Shown here one piece after another: positions 9,841 through 20,574 of a stretch of 64,000 nt of DNA. The stretch's first letter is position 1. Each line of letters starts with the position of its first letter. The stretch covers positions 19,863-83,862 of the forward strand of contig JBFXEQ010000006.1 in NCBI GenBank assembly GCA_050179935.1, read 5' to 3'. This DNA is from Bacteroidales bacterium. Its GTDB lineage: Bacteria > Bacteroidota > Bacteroidia > Bacteroidales > UBA12077. Under the pieces are notes generated by a model. That model had not been told where the DNA came from. It was given only the letters and a program-made list of their open reading frames with translations, and did no database searches. The translations under genes and the position numbers were made by a program.

Positions 9841-12768
9841 TTACAACTTTTTCTTAATTTCAACTTCCTGATATCCTTCAACAATATCTCCGACTTTTAT
9901 GTCGTTAAAATTATCGATATTCAATCCGCATTCGTAACCTGAAACCACTTCTTTCACATCGTCTTTAAATCGTTTCAAAGATCCAAGGTTACCGGTATAA
10001 ATAACTATTCCGTCTCGAATAATACGTACTCTAGTATTTCGGGTAATCTTACCCTCACGAACCATACAACCAGCAACTGAACCAACTTTTTTGATTTTAA
10101 ACACCTCACGTACTTCAACAGTAGCTACAATCTCTTCTTTTACTTCAGGAGAAAGCATACCTTCCATTGCATCGCGTACTTCGTTAATAGCATCGTAAAT
10201 AATAGAGTATAAACGGATATCTATTTCTTCTTTTTCGGCCAGTTTACGTGCATTCATCGAAGGACGAACCTGGAATCCGATGATAATTGCATTTGATGCA
10301 GCAGCAAGCAGAACATCCGATTCAGAAATCTGACCTACACCTTTATGAATAATATTTACCTGAATTTCATCTGTTCCAAGTTTTATTAATGAATCAGATA
10401 ATGCTTCGATTGAACCATCCACGTCACCTTTTACAACGATATTAATCTCTTGGAAGTTTCCGATAGCAATACGACGGCCAATTTCATCTAGCGTAATATG
10501 TTTTTGTGTACGTAAGCTTTGCTCACGCTGTAATTGTTCGCGTTTATTTGCGATATCACGAGCCTCCTTATCGCTTTCCATAACATTAAACTTATCACCT
10601 GCCTGTGGAGCACCATTTAAACCTAAGATCTGAACAGGTGTTGATGGTCCGGCCTCTTCAATTCGCTTACCACGTTCGTTATACATGGCCTTAACGTGTC
10701 CAAAATAACTTCCGGCAATAATTACATCACCAATTTTTAATGTACCTGCATCAACAAGAAGAGTAGAAATATATCCACGACCTTTATCAAGCTCAGATTC
10801 AATAACTGCTCCGTGAGCTCTTTTGTTTGGATTTGCCTTTAAATCAAGCAATTCGGCTTCGAGGAGCACTTTTTCCAACAACAAATCAATATTTTTCCCT
10901 TGTTTAGCCGATATATCCTGTGATTGATATTTACCACCCCATTCTTCAACAAGGTAGTTCATATTGGCAAGTGCTTCTTTTATTTTTTCAGGATTTGCGC
11001 CTGCTTTATCAATTTTATTTATTGCAAAGATAATCGGCACACCTGCAGCACTAGCGTGATTAATAGCTTCTACTGTTTGAGGCATCACATTATCATCAGC
11101 TGAAACTACAATAATAGCAATATCAGTAACCTGAGCTCCACGAGCACGCATAGCAGTAAATGCCTCGTGACCAGGAGTATCGAGGAATGTAATTGTTCTT
11201 CCGTTTTCGAGTTCAACGCTGTATGCACCAATATGCTGAGTAATACCACCAGCTTCGCCGGCAATAACATTCGCTTTTCGGATAAAATCGAGCAGCGAAG
11301 TCTTACCATGATCAACGTGACCCATTACGGTAACAATTGGAGGACGAGGAATCAGATCCTCTTCTGTATCAATTTCTTCGTGAATTGCTTCCTGAACCTC
11401 AACACTAATAAATTGTACCTTAAAATCAAACTCATCAGCAACAAGAGCCATTGTCTCGGCATCAAGGCGCTGGTTTATAGAAACCATTAAGCCAAGGTTC
11501 ATACAAACAGAAATAACATCTACAACAGGAGCGTTCATCATAGTTGCAAGCTCGTTAACAGATACAAACTCTGTTACTTTAAGTACTTGCTTGTCGGCTT
11601 CCAGCTTAATGCTATCTTCTTGTTGCTTTTGGTTGAGAGCTTCGCGTTTTTCACGTCGATGTTTCGATCCTTTTGATTTTCCTTTGGTAGTTAATCGGGC
11701 CAGAGTATCTTTAATCTGTTTCTGAACATCTACTTCGCTAATTTCGGGACGTAATTGTCTTTTTTTCTTTTTATTTAATTTGCTAAAAGTATGTTCCTTT
11801 TTAGGTTCTGTTCCACCTTCGGTAGGTTTCTTTTCTGTTGAAACGGTTGTTTGATCTTTAAAATCTTTATGAATACGTTTACGTTTCTTTTTCTTAGATC
11901 GTAAATCGTTTGACGAAGCAACTGGTTGCTTTTTATCCTTATCCTTAACCGGAAGATCAATTCGGCCAACCACAGTAGGGCCAGTCAGTTTTTGAACCTC
12001 AGATTTAAAAAATACTTTTTGTGGCTCAACTTCTTCCTGAGGTTGAATTACTTCTTTTGGTTGAATTACTTCTTCCTCAACTTCAATCTTTTTCTCAACT
12101 TTTTTATGTACAGTTTTCGAAGATTCTTTTTGTTCTCTTTCTTCGTCTTTCTGTTGTTTGGTCTTTTTATCAGGGCGCGTTTTTTGATTTAACGAATCGA
12201 GATCAATTTTACCAACTACTTTAACACTGTCTTTATCTTTAACCTGTTCTTCCTTTTTTTCCTCAACAGGCTCATCTTTTTTATGATGATGTTTCTTTTC
12301 AGTAGTTTCGGCAACGGGTTCTGGCTTTTCAACTTCCTTCTCAGGTTCTGTTTTGGTTGGTTTTTTATCCAGATCAATTTTACCAACAATTTTTAACTTA
12401 TCAGCAATTGGTTTCGATTCGGACTGTGTACTTCGGCTATTAAAATCTTTTATAAGAATTTCTTCGTCTGAAGCAGATGAGTCGTCATCTGCATCTTCTT
12501 CACCTGGTTTTTGATGAATATCATTGATAGATACAGTTTCTCTCTTTTCGCGCAATTTTGAAAGGCTCAGTTTTTCTGATTCTTTTTTAGCCGAAACATC
12601 AGAGCTATATTCTTTAACAAGAAGGTTGTAAAGCTCTTCAGGTACTTTTGTATTTGGATTTGAATCGAGATCGAATCCTTTTTTATGCGAGAACTCAACT
12701 ATTGTTGAAATCCCAACGTTAAATTCACGTGCTACTTTACTAAGTCTTGTTGTTTTATCGCTTGTCAT
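9841..12768 (-). CDS. infB: translation initiation factor IF-2
   Basis: 975 aa. GTPase motifs are present ([24 protein letters not shown]). The long Lys/Glu-rich N-terminal region carries three (V/I)VG(K/R)IDL repeats. Confidence 0.95.
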   Translation of the reverse strand: MTSDKTTRLSKVAREFNVGISTIVEFSHKKGFDLDSNPNTKVPEELYNLLVKEYSSDVSAKKESEKLSLSKLREKRETVSINDIHQKPGEEDADDDSSASDEEILIKDFNSRSTQSESKPIADKLKIVGKIDLDKKPTKTEPEKEVEKPEPVAETTEKKHHHKKDEPVEEKKEEQVKDKDSVKVVGKIDLDSLNQKTRPDKKTKQQKDEEREQKESSKTVHKKVEKKIEVEEEVIQPKEVIQPQEEVEPQKVFFKSEVQKLTGPTVVGRIDLPVKDKDKKQPVASSNDLRSKKKKRKRIHKDFKDQTTVSTEKKPTEGGTEPKKEHTFSKLNKKKKRQLRPEISEVDVQKQIKDTLARLTTKGKSKGSKHRREKREALNQKQQEDSIKLEADKQVLKVTEFVSVNELATMMNAPVVDVISVCMNLGLMVSINQRLDAETMALVADEFDFKVQFISVEVQEAIHEEIDTEEDLIPRPPIVTVMGHVDHGKTSLLDFIRKANVIAGEAGGITQHIGAYSVELENGRTITFLDTPGHEAFTAMRARGAQVTDIAIIVVSADDNVMPQTVEAINHASAAGVPIIFAINKIDKAGANPEKIKEALANMNYLVEEWGGKYQSQDISAKQGKNIDLLLEKVLLEAELLDLKANPNKRAHGAVIESELDKGRGYISTLLVDAGTLKIGDVIIAGSYFGHVKAMYNERGKRIEEAGPSTPVQILGLNGAPQAGDKFNVMESDKEARDIANKREQLQREQSLRTQKHITLDEIGRRIAIGNFQEINIVVKGDVDGSIEALSDSLIKLGTDEIQVNIIHKGVGQISESDVLLAAASNAIIIGFQVRPSMNARKLAEKEEIDIRLYSIIYDAINEVRDAMEGMLSPEVKEEIVATVEVREVFKIKKVGSVAGCMVREGKITRNTRVRIIRDGIVIYTGNLGSLKRFKDDVKEVVSGYECGLNIDNFNDIKVGDIVEGYQEVEIKKKL

Positions 12769-12835
12769 AATTTAATTGTAACCTATTTAAAAATATCAAA
12801 AACCGGTGAATTATTTTTCAGTTTGAATTTTTCTA

Positions 12836-14074
12836 TTATTCAAATTCAGACTTAAATATGCGAATTATATCATCAACAGTTTCTTCTTCAAGATCAGTTC
12901 TTTTAATAAGCTCTTCTCTAGTTAATTCTAAAACACTTTTGGCTGTATCGCAACCAATCGCTTTAAGAGCATCGAGTACCCAGCTTTCGATTTCGTCAGA
13001 GAATTCGTCAATGCTTACATCTTCGTCGTCTTCGGTATCGGTTTCGCGGTAAACATCAATTTCGTAACCTGTAAGCTGACTGGCAAGTTTAATATTTAAT
13101 CCACCTTTACCAATAGCTAACGAGACTTCTTCGGGTTCGAGGTAAACATCTGCTCGTTTGTCTTCCTGATTTAATTTTATTGAAATAATCTTTGCAGGAC
13201 TTAACGATCTCTGAATAAATAATTGAGTGTTATTTGTAAAATTAATAACATCAATATTTTCGTTTTTTAATTCGCGCACGATACCATGAATTCTTGATCC
13301 TTTAACGCCAACGCATGCTCCAACAGGATCGATTCGTTCGTCGTACGATTCAACAGCCACTTTAGCTCTTTCGCCAGGAATACGTACAATCTTTTTAATG
13401 GTGATAAGTCCGTCGAAAATCTCTGGCACTTCGAGCTCGAATAATCGCTCAAGAAATACCGGTGCTGTTCTTGATAAAACGATTAACGGATTATTATTTT
13501 TCATTTCAACACGAACAACTACAGCTCTAACAGAATCGCCTTTTCTAAAAAAGTCGGAAGGAATTTGTTCTGCTTTAGGAATAATAAGCTCGTTGTTTTC
13601 GTCATCGAGAACGAGAATTTCTTTTTTCCAAACCTGGTAAACCTCACCGGTAACTATATCTCCTATTCGATCTTTGTATTTTAAGTAAATATTATTCTTC
13701 TCAAGATCTAAAATTCGGTTTGTAAGATTTTGTCGTAAAGCCAGAATTGCTCTACGGCCAAAGTCTTTAAGTTTAACTTCGTCGGTAACTTCTTCACCCA
13801 CTTCATAATCAGAGTCGATTTTTTTGGCCTGCGATAATGGAATCTGTAAATTCCCATCTGTAAAATCTTTATCTTTAACTACTTCGCGGTTTCTCCAAAT
13901 CTCAAAGTCTCCTTTATCGATATTAATAATAACATCGAAATTTTCGTCAGTACCGTAACGTTTCAATAATAAATTGCGGAAAACATCTTCTAAAACGGTC
14001 ATCATTGTTGCGCGATCGATATTCTTCAGCTCCTTAAATTCCGAAAAGGTATCGGTCAAATTCAAATTTTCCAT
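12836..14074 (-). CDS. nusA: transcription termination/antitermination factor NusA
   Basis: 412 aa with an S1/KH-type core (GDIVTGEVYQV..., VGACVGVKGSRI, AIGKGGLNIKLA). It sits between rimP and infB. Confidence 0.95.
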   Translation of the reverse strand: MENLNLTDTFSEFKELKNIDRATMMTVLEDVFRNLLLKRYGTDENFDVIINIDKGDFEIWRNREVVKDKDFTDGNLQIPLSQAKKIDSDYEVGEEVTDEVKLKDFGRRAILALRQNLTNRILDLEKNNIYLKYKDRIGDIVTGEVYQVWKKEILVLDDENNELIIPKAEQIPSDFFRKGDSVRAVVVRVEMKNNNPLIVLSRTAPVFLERLFELEVPEIFDGLITIKKIVRIPGERAKVAVESYDERIDPVGACVGVKGSRIHGIVRELKNENIDVINFTNNTQLFIQRSLSPAKIISIKLNQEDKRADVYLEPEEVSLAIGKGGLNIKLASQLTGYEIDVYRETDTEDDEDVSIDEFSDEIESWVLDALKAIGCDTAKSVLELTREELIKRTDLEEETVDDIIRIFKSEFE

Positions 14075-14094
14075 TGTATATAATTTTTTATCTT

Positions 14095-14571
14095 TTATTT
14101 AAAATGTATTACTAGCCTTGTTGATTTAACATCATCAAATTTTAAAGGTGTTTCTTCGACTACCAGTTGTCTTTTTTTCTTTCCTTCAACCCGTTCTGTT
14201 CTGGTTGATCTTAGTATAAATTCGTTTTCGTTAACACTCATTAAATTTCCTACGAGTTTTTTTCCGCTTTTTTGAATTACTTCAACCTCTTTACCCACAT
14301 TTTTGTAATACTGCTCAATTACTTTAAATACAGAAGATAATCCTGCAGAAGAAACTTCCAGCTCAAAGTCTTCAATATCTCTATTAAAGCTTTTATCGAT
14401 AATTTTGCTTATCTCAGCACAATCATCGATAGTTATTCCGTTATTACTATCAAGTTCAACAATTACATGATTCGAAGCGCTTACTTTTACATCAACAATA
14501 AAAGCGTCTTTTTTAGCCACCTCATTTTTAATAGTATTAATTATATCTTCTCGTGTAATCATTTTTTCCAT
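14095..14571 (-). CDS. rimP: ribosome maturation factor RimP
   Basis: 158 aa, first gene of the conserved rimP-nusA-infB operon, with RimP-like sequence (LEVSSAGLS...). Confidence 0.85.
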   Translation of the reverse strand: MEKMITREDIINTIKNEVAKKDAFIVDVKVSASNHVIVELDSNNGITIDDCAEISKIIDKSFNRDIEDFELEVSSAGLSSVFKVIEQYYKNVGKEVEVIQKSGKKLVGNLMSVNENEFILRSTRTERVEGKKKRQLVVEETPLKFDDVKSTRLVIHFK

Positions 14572-14582
14572 TGTAATAAAAT

Positions 14583-14599
14583 AGGGGACATCGTCCCCT
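14583..14599 (-). promoter_or_regulatory. GC-rich leader hairpin just upstream of the rimP start (possible attenuator)
   Basis: The minus strand reads AGGGGAC-gat-GTCCCCT followed by AUUUUAUUACA and the rimP ATG 11 nt later. This is terminator-like geometry inside the operon leader. Confidence 0.35.
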
Positions 14600-14760
14600 A
14601 AATCGCTTCACTCACTTTTTCAGGCGCAAAAATAGAAATAATCTTGAAAATCACAAAATTATTCGACCTAAAAATCGTTTTTTCAATTTACTAACCTGTA
14701 AAATCCTTTATATATTGTAAAAACTGCTATTTTTGTTATTTAACTCATACCCAGAAATAA

Positions 14761-15993
14761 GTGAAAGATAACCGATTCAATAAGCGCAAAATTCTAAATG
14801 ATCCAGTATATGGCTTCATTAATATTCCATCAGATCTTATCTTTGATTTAATTGAACACCCTTATTTTCAGCGATTACGAAGAATAAAACAACTCGGATT
14901 AACTGATTTTGTTTATCCGGGAGCAGTACACACCCGATTTCAGCATACGCTTGGCGCAATACATCTGGTCGATTCGGCCTTATCTGTTCTGCGATCAAAA
15001 GGATTTAGTATTACCGAAAACGAAGAAGAAGCTGTAACGATCGCTATTTTATTACACGATATTGGACATGGACCTTTTTCACATACTCTCGAAAAAGTAA
15101 TCATTGAAAACTTAAGCCACGAGGATCTTTCGCTTTTGTACATGAAAGAATTAAACAATCAATATAACGGTAAGCTGGATTTAGCAATTTCTATTTTTAC
15201 CAATCAGCACCCAAAGAAATTTTTACATCAGTTAGTATCGAGCCAGTTAGATATGGACCGGCTTGATTATCTTAGACGCGATAGTTTTTTTACTGGCGTT
15301 TCGGAGGGAGTGGTAAGTTCAGACAGAATAATTAAAATGCTAAGCGTTGTTAATGATGAGCTGGTTGTAGAAGCAAAAGGAATTTATTCGATAGAGAAAT
15401 TTTTAATTGCCCGTTGGCTAATGTATTGGCAAGTTTATCTGCATAAAACGGTTATTTCAACAGAGCAATTGTTATTACGGATATTTCAACGAGTAAAAGA
15501 ATTAATTCTGGCAGGCCATAACGTTTATCTGACAGATGAGTTTCGGTTCTTTTTTAAAAATTCTGCCAGAAATCAGTCTGTGAAAGATATTTTAGAAACC
15601 TTTGCTAAAATTGATGATACCGACATTTTTGTGTTATTAAAATACTGGTCAAATAATAATGACAAGATTTTATCAATGCTATCAAACAATTTACTAAACA
15701 GACATCTTTACAAAATAGAGATTCAGAACGAACCATTCGATAAAAAGATTATACAAAAGCAATTGGATGCTGCATCACAAAAATTTGGATTTGCTGGGAA
15801 CGAGTTATCTTATATTGTATTTACTGACCACATAAGCAAAAATGCATACAGTGCATTTGACGATAAAATACAAATTGCTTATAAAGATGGACGAATTATT
15901 GATATTGCAGAAGCTTCTGATATGCTGAATATGTCGGTACTTTCGAAAACTGTTCGAAAATATTTTTTGTGTTATCCGAAAGAAATCGAATGA
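14761..15993 (+). CDS. HD-domain phosphohydrolase (dGTPase-like)
   Basis: 410 aa, GTG start. HD motifs are present (HTRFQHTLGA, LLHDIGHGPFSH, DMDRLDYLRRD). It holds the conserved position upstream of lpxD. Confidence 0.8.
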   Translation: MKDNRFNKRKILNDPVYGFINIPSDLIFDLIEHPYFQRLRRIKQLGLTDFVYPGAVHTRFQHTLGAIHLVDSALSVLRSKGFSITENEEEAVTIAILLHDIGHGPFSHTLEKVIIENLSHEDLSLLYMKELNNQYNGKLDLAISIFTNQHPKKFLHQLVSSQLDMDRLDYLRRDSFFTGVSEGVVSSDRIIKMLSVVNDELVVEAKGIYSIEKFLIARWLMYWQVYLHKTVISTEQLLLRIFQRVKELILAGHNVYLTDEFRFFFKNSARNQSVKDILETFAKIDDTDIFVLLKYWSNNNDKILSMLSNNLLNRHLYKIEIQNEPFDKKIIQKQLDAASQKFGFAGNELSYIVFTDHISKNAYSAFDDKIQIAYKDGRIIDIAEASDMLNMSVLSKTVRKYFLCYPKEIE

Positions 15994-16043
15994 ATATAAC
16001 CGATTAGTATTATTTTTACATCAATAATTAAATACAAAAGCAG

Positions 16044-17087
16044 ATGGAATTTACAGCCAAAGTAATTGCCGATTTTTTACGAGGTGAAATTGTAGGTAAT
16101 CCGGACATTAAGGTTAATAATGTGGCCAAAATAGAAGAGGCACAACCAGGAACATTAGCCTTTTTATCAAATCCCAAATACAATCATTATTTGTACACCA
16201 CTCAGGCCTCCATCGTATTAATAAATAATGATTTTAAAATAGAAAAAGAAGTTAATCCAACACTTATAAAAGTACCCAATGCCTATGAGGCTTTTGCGTC
16301 GCTTCTTCAATTAACACAGCAAGGCAAAACCCAAAAAACAGGTATAGAAGAGCAATCAATGGTTTCTGCATCTGCAAAGCTTGATGAAAACGTATATATA
16401 GGATCTTTCGCTTATATTGGCGAAAATGTAAAAATTGGAAAAAACGTACGTATTTACCCAAACACTTTTGTGGGCGATAACGTTACTATTGGCGAGGGAA
16501 CAACTCTTTATGCCGGTGTAAAAATTTACGAAGATTGCATTATTGGCAACAACTGTACTATTCATGCCGGCGCAGTAATTGGAGCCGATGGCTTTGGTTT
16601 CGCACCTCAATCGGATAATAACTACAAGAAAATACCTCAAATTGGGAATGTGATACTTGAAGATTTTGTTGAGATTGGCGCAAATGCAACGATCGATCGC
16701 GCAACTATGGGATCAACAATAATTCGTAAAGGGGTAAAGCTAGATAACCTTACTCATGTAGCTCACAATGTTGAAGTAGGAGAAAATACAGTAATGGCTG
16801 CACAAAGCGGAATTGCAGGATCGACAAAAATTGGCAAAAACTGTATGTTTGGAGGCCAGGTAGGATTTGCTCCTCACTTAATCATTGCCGACGGTGTTAA
16901 AGCAGCAGCGCAATCAGGTATTGCAAGTAGTATAAAAGAAGAAAACCTTATTGTAATGGGTGCGCCAGCATATAAAATATCCGATTATCAGAAATCATAT
17001 GTTGGTTTCCGCAAACTACCAGAAATTTTAAAACAAATTTCTGTGCTCGAAAAAGAAATAAAAGAATTCAAAGGCAATCAAAAGTAA
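16044..17087 (+). CDS. lpxD: UDP-3-O-acylglucosamine N-acyltransferase
   Basis: 347 aa. N-terminal LpxD domain (AKIEEAQPGTLAFLSNPKY) followed by hexapeptide left-handed beta-helix repeats. Confidence 0.9.
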   Translation: MEFTAKVIADFLRGEIVGNPDIKVNNVAKIEEAQPGTLAFLSNPKYNHYLYTTQASIVLINNDFKIEKEVNPTLIKVPNAYEAFASLLQLTQQGKTQKTGIEEQSMVSASAKLDENVYIGSFAYIGENVKIGKNVRIYPNTFVGDNVTIGEGTTLYAGVKIYEDCIIGNNCTIHAGAVIGADGFGFAPQSDNNYKKIPQIGNVILEDFVEIGANATIDRATMGSTIIRKGVKLDNLTHVAHNVEVGENTVMAAQSGIAGSTKIGKNCMFGGQVGFAPHLIIADGVKAAAQSGIASSIKEENLIVMGAPAYKISDYQKSYVGFRKLPEILKQISVLEKEIKEFKGNQK

Positions 17088-17185
17088 CTGATATTGTGAG
17101 CTGTTTAGCAGAATATTTTAAAAAACTCATAAACGTAAAATAGAATTTCGTAAATTGCACCACTTTTTACGTTGAAAATTTTACT

Positions 17186-18595
17186 ATGAAAAAATCTGAT
17201 AATCAAACTACCATTGCTAAACCTGTAAGTCTTAAAGGCAAAGGCTTGCATACTGGTTGCGATGTTGAAATAACATTTGTTCCAGCACCTGTCAATCACG
17301 GCTACAAGTTTAAGAGGGTAGATCTGGAAAACAAACCAATCATCTCAGCTATAGTCGATAATGTTGTTGAAACATCAAGAGGTACAACTCTCAGAGAGAA
17401 TGGAGCCGAATTACATACCATTGAGCATGTGTTGGCCGCATTGGTTGGATTAGGTCTGGATAATATATTAATGGAGTTTACCGGTCCCGAAGCGCCAATC
17501 CTTGATGGAAGTGCTACAAAATATGTTGAAGCCCTGAAAAGTGCCGGTATCGTTGAACAAGAGGAAGAAAAAAACTGGTATGTAATTAAAGAACGTACTG
17601 TTTTTTATGATGAGAAGAATAAAATTGAACTGGTAGCCTACCCCGACGACCATTTTTCGGTTGATGTAATGGTTGATTACAACTCAAAAGTACTCGGACA
17701 TCAATATGCATCCTATCATCCATCGCACGACTTTGAAAAAGAAATTGCTCCTGCCCGTACATTTGTGTTTTTTCACGAGTTAGAAATACTACTCAAACAT
17801 AACCTGATTAAAGGCGGCGACTTGCAAAATGCGATTGTGATTATAGAAAAAGAAGTTTCGCAAGACGAATTAGACCGAATGGCTGATTTATTCAACAAAC
17901 CTCATGTAAAAGTAAAAGAAGGTATTTTAAACAACGTTGAATTGCGATTTAGCAACGAACCAGCACGACATAAATTATTAGATGTGTTAGGCGATCTTGC
18001 TTTAATTGGTCAGCCAATAAAAGGTAAAATTGTTGCATCTCGACCCGGACATTGGGCAAACACTCAGTTAGCAAAGGTAATTAAGGACAATATTAAAAAA
18101 GAATTATCGCGAATCTCTGTTCCAAAATACGACCCTAACAAACCTCCGGTTTATGATATAAACGATATTAAAGGGCTTTTGCCTCACCGATATCCATTTT
18201 TATTAATTGATAAAGTTATTTACCTTGACGATAAACAGGTAATCGGTTTAAAAAATGTTACCATGAACGAGAATTTTTTTCAGGGACATTTTCCTACACA
18301 ACCAATAATGCCGGGCGTTTTACAGGTTGAAGCAATGGCTCAGGTAGGTGGAATATTGGCTTTAAGCAAAGTGGAAGATCCTGAAAATTACCAAACACTA
18401 TTTCTAAAAATAGATAAAGTAAAATTCAAAAAAATGGTAATACCCGGAGATACCATATTATTTAGGATGGAATTGTTAGCCCCGATCAGACGTGGATTGG
18501 TAAATATGTTTGGACAGGCATTTGTTGGTAACGAACTTGTTATGGAAGGCGAATTAATGGCTCAGGTTTCAAAAGTTACTAAAGATAAAGAATAA
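17186..18595 (+). CDS. lpxC: bifunctional UDP-3-O-acyl-GlcNAc deacetylase / 3-hydroxyacyl-ACP dehydratase (LpxC-FabZ fusion)
   Basis: 469 aa. The LpxC half carries TIEHVLAAL and HKLLDVLGDLAL. The FabZ hot-dog half carries LPHRYPFLLIDKV and FFQGHFPTQPIMPGVL. This fusion is typical of Bacteroidota. Confidence 0.9.
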   Translation: MKKSDNQTTIAKPVSLKGKGLHTGCDVEITFVPAPVNHGYKFKRVDLENKPIISAIVDNVVETSRGTTLRENGAELHTIEHVLAALVGLGLDNILMEFTGPEAPILDGSATKYVEALKSAGIVEQEEEKNWYVIKERTVFYDEKNKIELVAYPDDHFSVDVMVDYNSKVLGHQYASYHPSHDFEKEIAPARTFVFFHELEILLKHNLIKGGDLQNAIVIIEKEVSQDELDRMADLFNKPHVKVKEGILNNVELRFSNEPARHKLLDVLGDLALIGQPIKGKIVASRPGHWANTQLAKVIKDNIKKELSRISVPKYDPNKPPVYDINDIKGLLPHRYPFLLIDKVIYLDDKQVIGLKNVTMNENFFQGHFPTQPIMPGVLQVEAMAQVGGILALSKVEDPENYQTLFLKIDKVKFKKMVIPGDTILFRMELLAPIRRGLVNMFGQAFVGNELVMEGELMAQVSKVTKDKE

Positions 18596-18601
18596 TAGTA
18601 T

Positions 18602-19384
18602 ATGATCAGCAATTTGGCATACGTTCATCCCGAAGCGCAACTTGGTAAAGATGTTACCGTGGAAGCATTTGCATGGATCGACAGAAATGTTATTATAGGC
18701 GATGGCACCTGGATTGGTCCTAATGCAACTATTATGTATGGCGCACGAATAGGTAAAAATTGCAAGATTTTTCCTAGTGCAGTTGTTTCTGCCATACCTC
18801 AGGATTTGAAATTTAAAGGAGAAGAAACCACTGCAGAGATTGGTAATAACACAACATTGCGTGAGTGTGTTACTGTAAATCGTGGTACAGCATCAAAAGG
18901 TAAAACCATAGTTGGTAATAACTGCCTTTTAATGGCTTATGTACATATTGGACACGATTGTAAACTAGGTAACAATATAATTATTTCGAACAGTACCAAT
19001 GTAGCTGGTGAAATTATAATCGATGATTTTGCGATCATAAGCGGCGATGTTCAAATACACCAGTTTGTTCATATTGGCGGACACGTAATGATTTCGGGCG
19101 GATCGCTTGTACGCAAAGATGTTCCACCATACATTACTGTTGCACACGAACCTCTTGCATACGCTGGAATTAACTCTGTTGGTTTGCGCCGAAGAGGATT
19201 TTCGAACGAATTAATTACACAAATTCAGGATATATACCGCGAGATCTTTGTTAAAGATCAAAATGTTACACAGGCCTTAAAAAATGTCGCAGAGAACATT
19301 CCATCCTCAAAAGAGAAAGATTATATTCTTGAGTTTGTTAAAACATCCGAACGAGGAATTATTAGAGGATATAATGGTGATTAA
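18602..19384 (+). CDS. lpxA: acyl-ACP--UDP-GlcNAc O-acyltransferase
   Basis: 260 aa with hexapeptide repeats and an LpxA C-terminal helical domain. It is the last gene of the lpxD-lpxC/fabZ-lpxA cluster. Confidence 0.9.
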   Translation: MISNLAYVHPEAQLGKDVTVEAFAWIDRNVIIGDGTWIGPNATIMYGARIGKNCKIFPSAVVSAIPQDLKFKGEETTAEIGNNTTLRECVTVNRGTASKGKTIVGNNCLLMAYVHIGHDCKLGNNIIISNSTNVAGEIIIDDFAIISGDVQIHQFVHIGGHVMISGGSLVRKDVPPYITVAHEPLAYAGINSVGLRRRGFSNELITQIQDIYREIFVKDQNVTQALKNVAENIPSSKEKDYILEFVKTSERGIIRGYNGD

Positions 19385-19393
19385 TAAAAAAGT

Positions 19394-19428
19394 AATCCGA
19401 AGCAGATCAAAAACTTCGGATTTTTTCT
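19394..19428. terminator. intrinsic terminator after lpxA (shared with the convergent gene)
   Basis: Stem AATCCGAAG / CTTCGGATT followed by TTTTTC, preceded by an A-run. Confidence 0.7.
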
Positions 19429-19429
19429 T

Positions 19430-20482
19430 TTATCGCCTTATTTCACCATACAGATCGATATAAATCTCATTCTTGATCAATTTAAACTTATTGATTTCGT
19501 ATCGTGCTTTGCTTTTTGCAACAGTTCTTATAAGACCCTCACTTTTAAGTGTATAAAAATCATTTGAGTTTTTGATATGACTTGAAAGCTGTTTTGACAG
19601 ATTGGAGATATTACTTAAAATGCCGCACATATATCCATTCCACAATCCAAGAGCTAAAGTATTTGCCTGAAGATCAGTATCTGTAGAATCTTTGCTGAAA
19701 TCAGTTTTAGACACATAGTTAAAAGAACGGTCGGGCAATTCAATCATCCTGTTGCCATACAAAGAAGCAATATCATAGTTTCTGTTCAACTTTCGGAAGT
19801 TATATTGAAGAATCGTTGCATTCGTGTCTTTTACTCTTTTCGAATCTTTAACAAAGATATTGTAAAACTCGATTTTTTCACTACGATCACCTCGCTCGGT
19901 GTACACTTGCATGTGTTCACCTTTTACTTCAAGAGTGTCATAATTTGGGTCGGAACAAGCCTTTAGTTTGATATAAACAATTGCCTCATTGTACTTAGTA
20001 AAAAAAGTATCAACAATAGTCACTTCATCATTTTTATAAAATATCAAGGCTTTGGAAAGAGTGAAATCCTGAAACTTGGTTTCGTATATACCTTTGTTCC
20101 CCGATTCGCGAAGGTTTGTATAATCATCAGCAATATTGCTAACAACGGAATAATTTACCAGTGCATAAATAGCTTTTGCCCTCATAACCGCCTGATTAAT
20201 TGCATCTGCCTTTTCCATTCCAGGATCCGAAATTCCAACAACGCGAACAGGATCGACTAAAATAGGTTCAAAAAACCAATCGGGCAATTGCTCAGGAATC
20301 CGATCATATAAAAGCTGTTTGTTTTGACTCTCAAAATCTTTATCAAACTCTTTATTAAAAACTTCATTTTCGTAGCGAGTTTTATCGTCATGTACCTTTT
20401 TTGATCGTGGTTTTCTTTGCTCCTGCGCATTTACATTTAGCGAAGTAATAAAAATGAGGATTATAAAAAACAAGTATTTCAT
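19430..20482 (-). CDS. secreted hypothetical protein (signal peptide; possible LPP20-like segment)
   Basis: 350 aa. Signal peptide MKYLFFIILIFITSLNVNAQ. It lies immediately downstream of the TonB-dependent receptor on the same strand. I do not recognise a family with confidence. Confidence 0.55.
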   Translation of the reverse strand: MKYLFFIILIFITSLNVNAQEQRKPRSKKVHDDKTRYENEVFNKEFDKDFESQNKQLLYDRIPEQLPDWFFEPILVDPVRVVGISDPGMEKADAINQAVMRAKAIYALVNYSVVSNIADDYTNLRESGNKGIYETKFQDFTLSKALIFYKNDEVTIVDTFFTKYNEAIVYIKLKACSDPNYDTLEVKGEHMQVYTERGDRSEKIEFYNIFVKDSKRVKDTNATILQYNFRKLNRNYDIASLYGNRMIELPDRSFNYVSKTDFSKDSTDTDLQANTLALGLWNGYMCGILSNISNLSKQLSSHIKNSNDFYTLKSEGLIRTVAKSKARYEINKFKLIKNEIYIDLYGEIRR

Positions 20483-20574
20483 ATAAGTTGGTTTTGATCA
20501 ACAATAACTAAAAATACCAAAAAATATATTTTTAACTGCAATCTTCGAACCAAAAAATAAGTAACCAGAAAAAT

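Noticed and set aside
11775-12400. Low-complexity, repeat-looking DNA with several antisense ORFs (11926..12192, 12021..12224, 11775..11969)
   Set aside because: It encodes the Lys/Glu-rich N-terminal region of IF-2 in the minus frame. The Phe/Leu-rich antisense ORFs are mirror artefacts of AAG/GAA-rich coding sequence.
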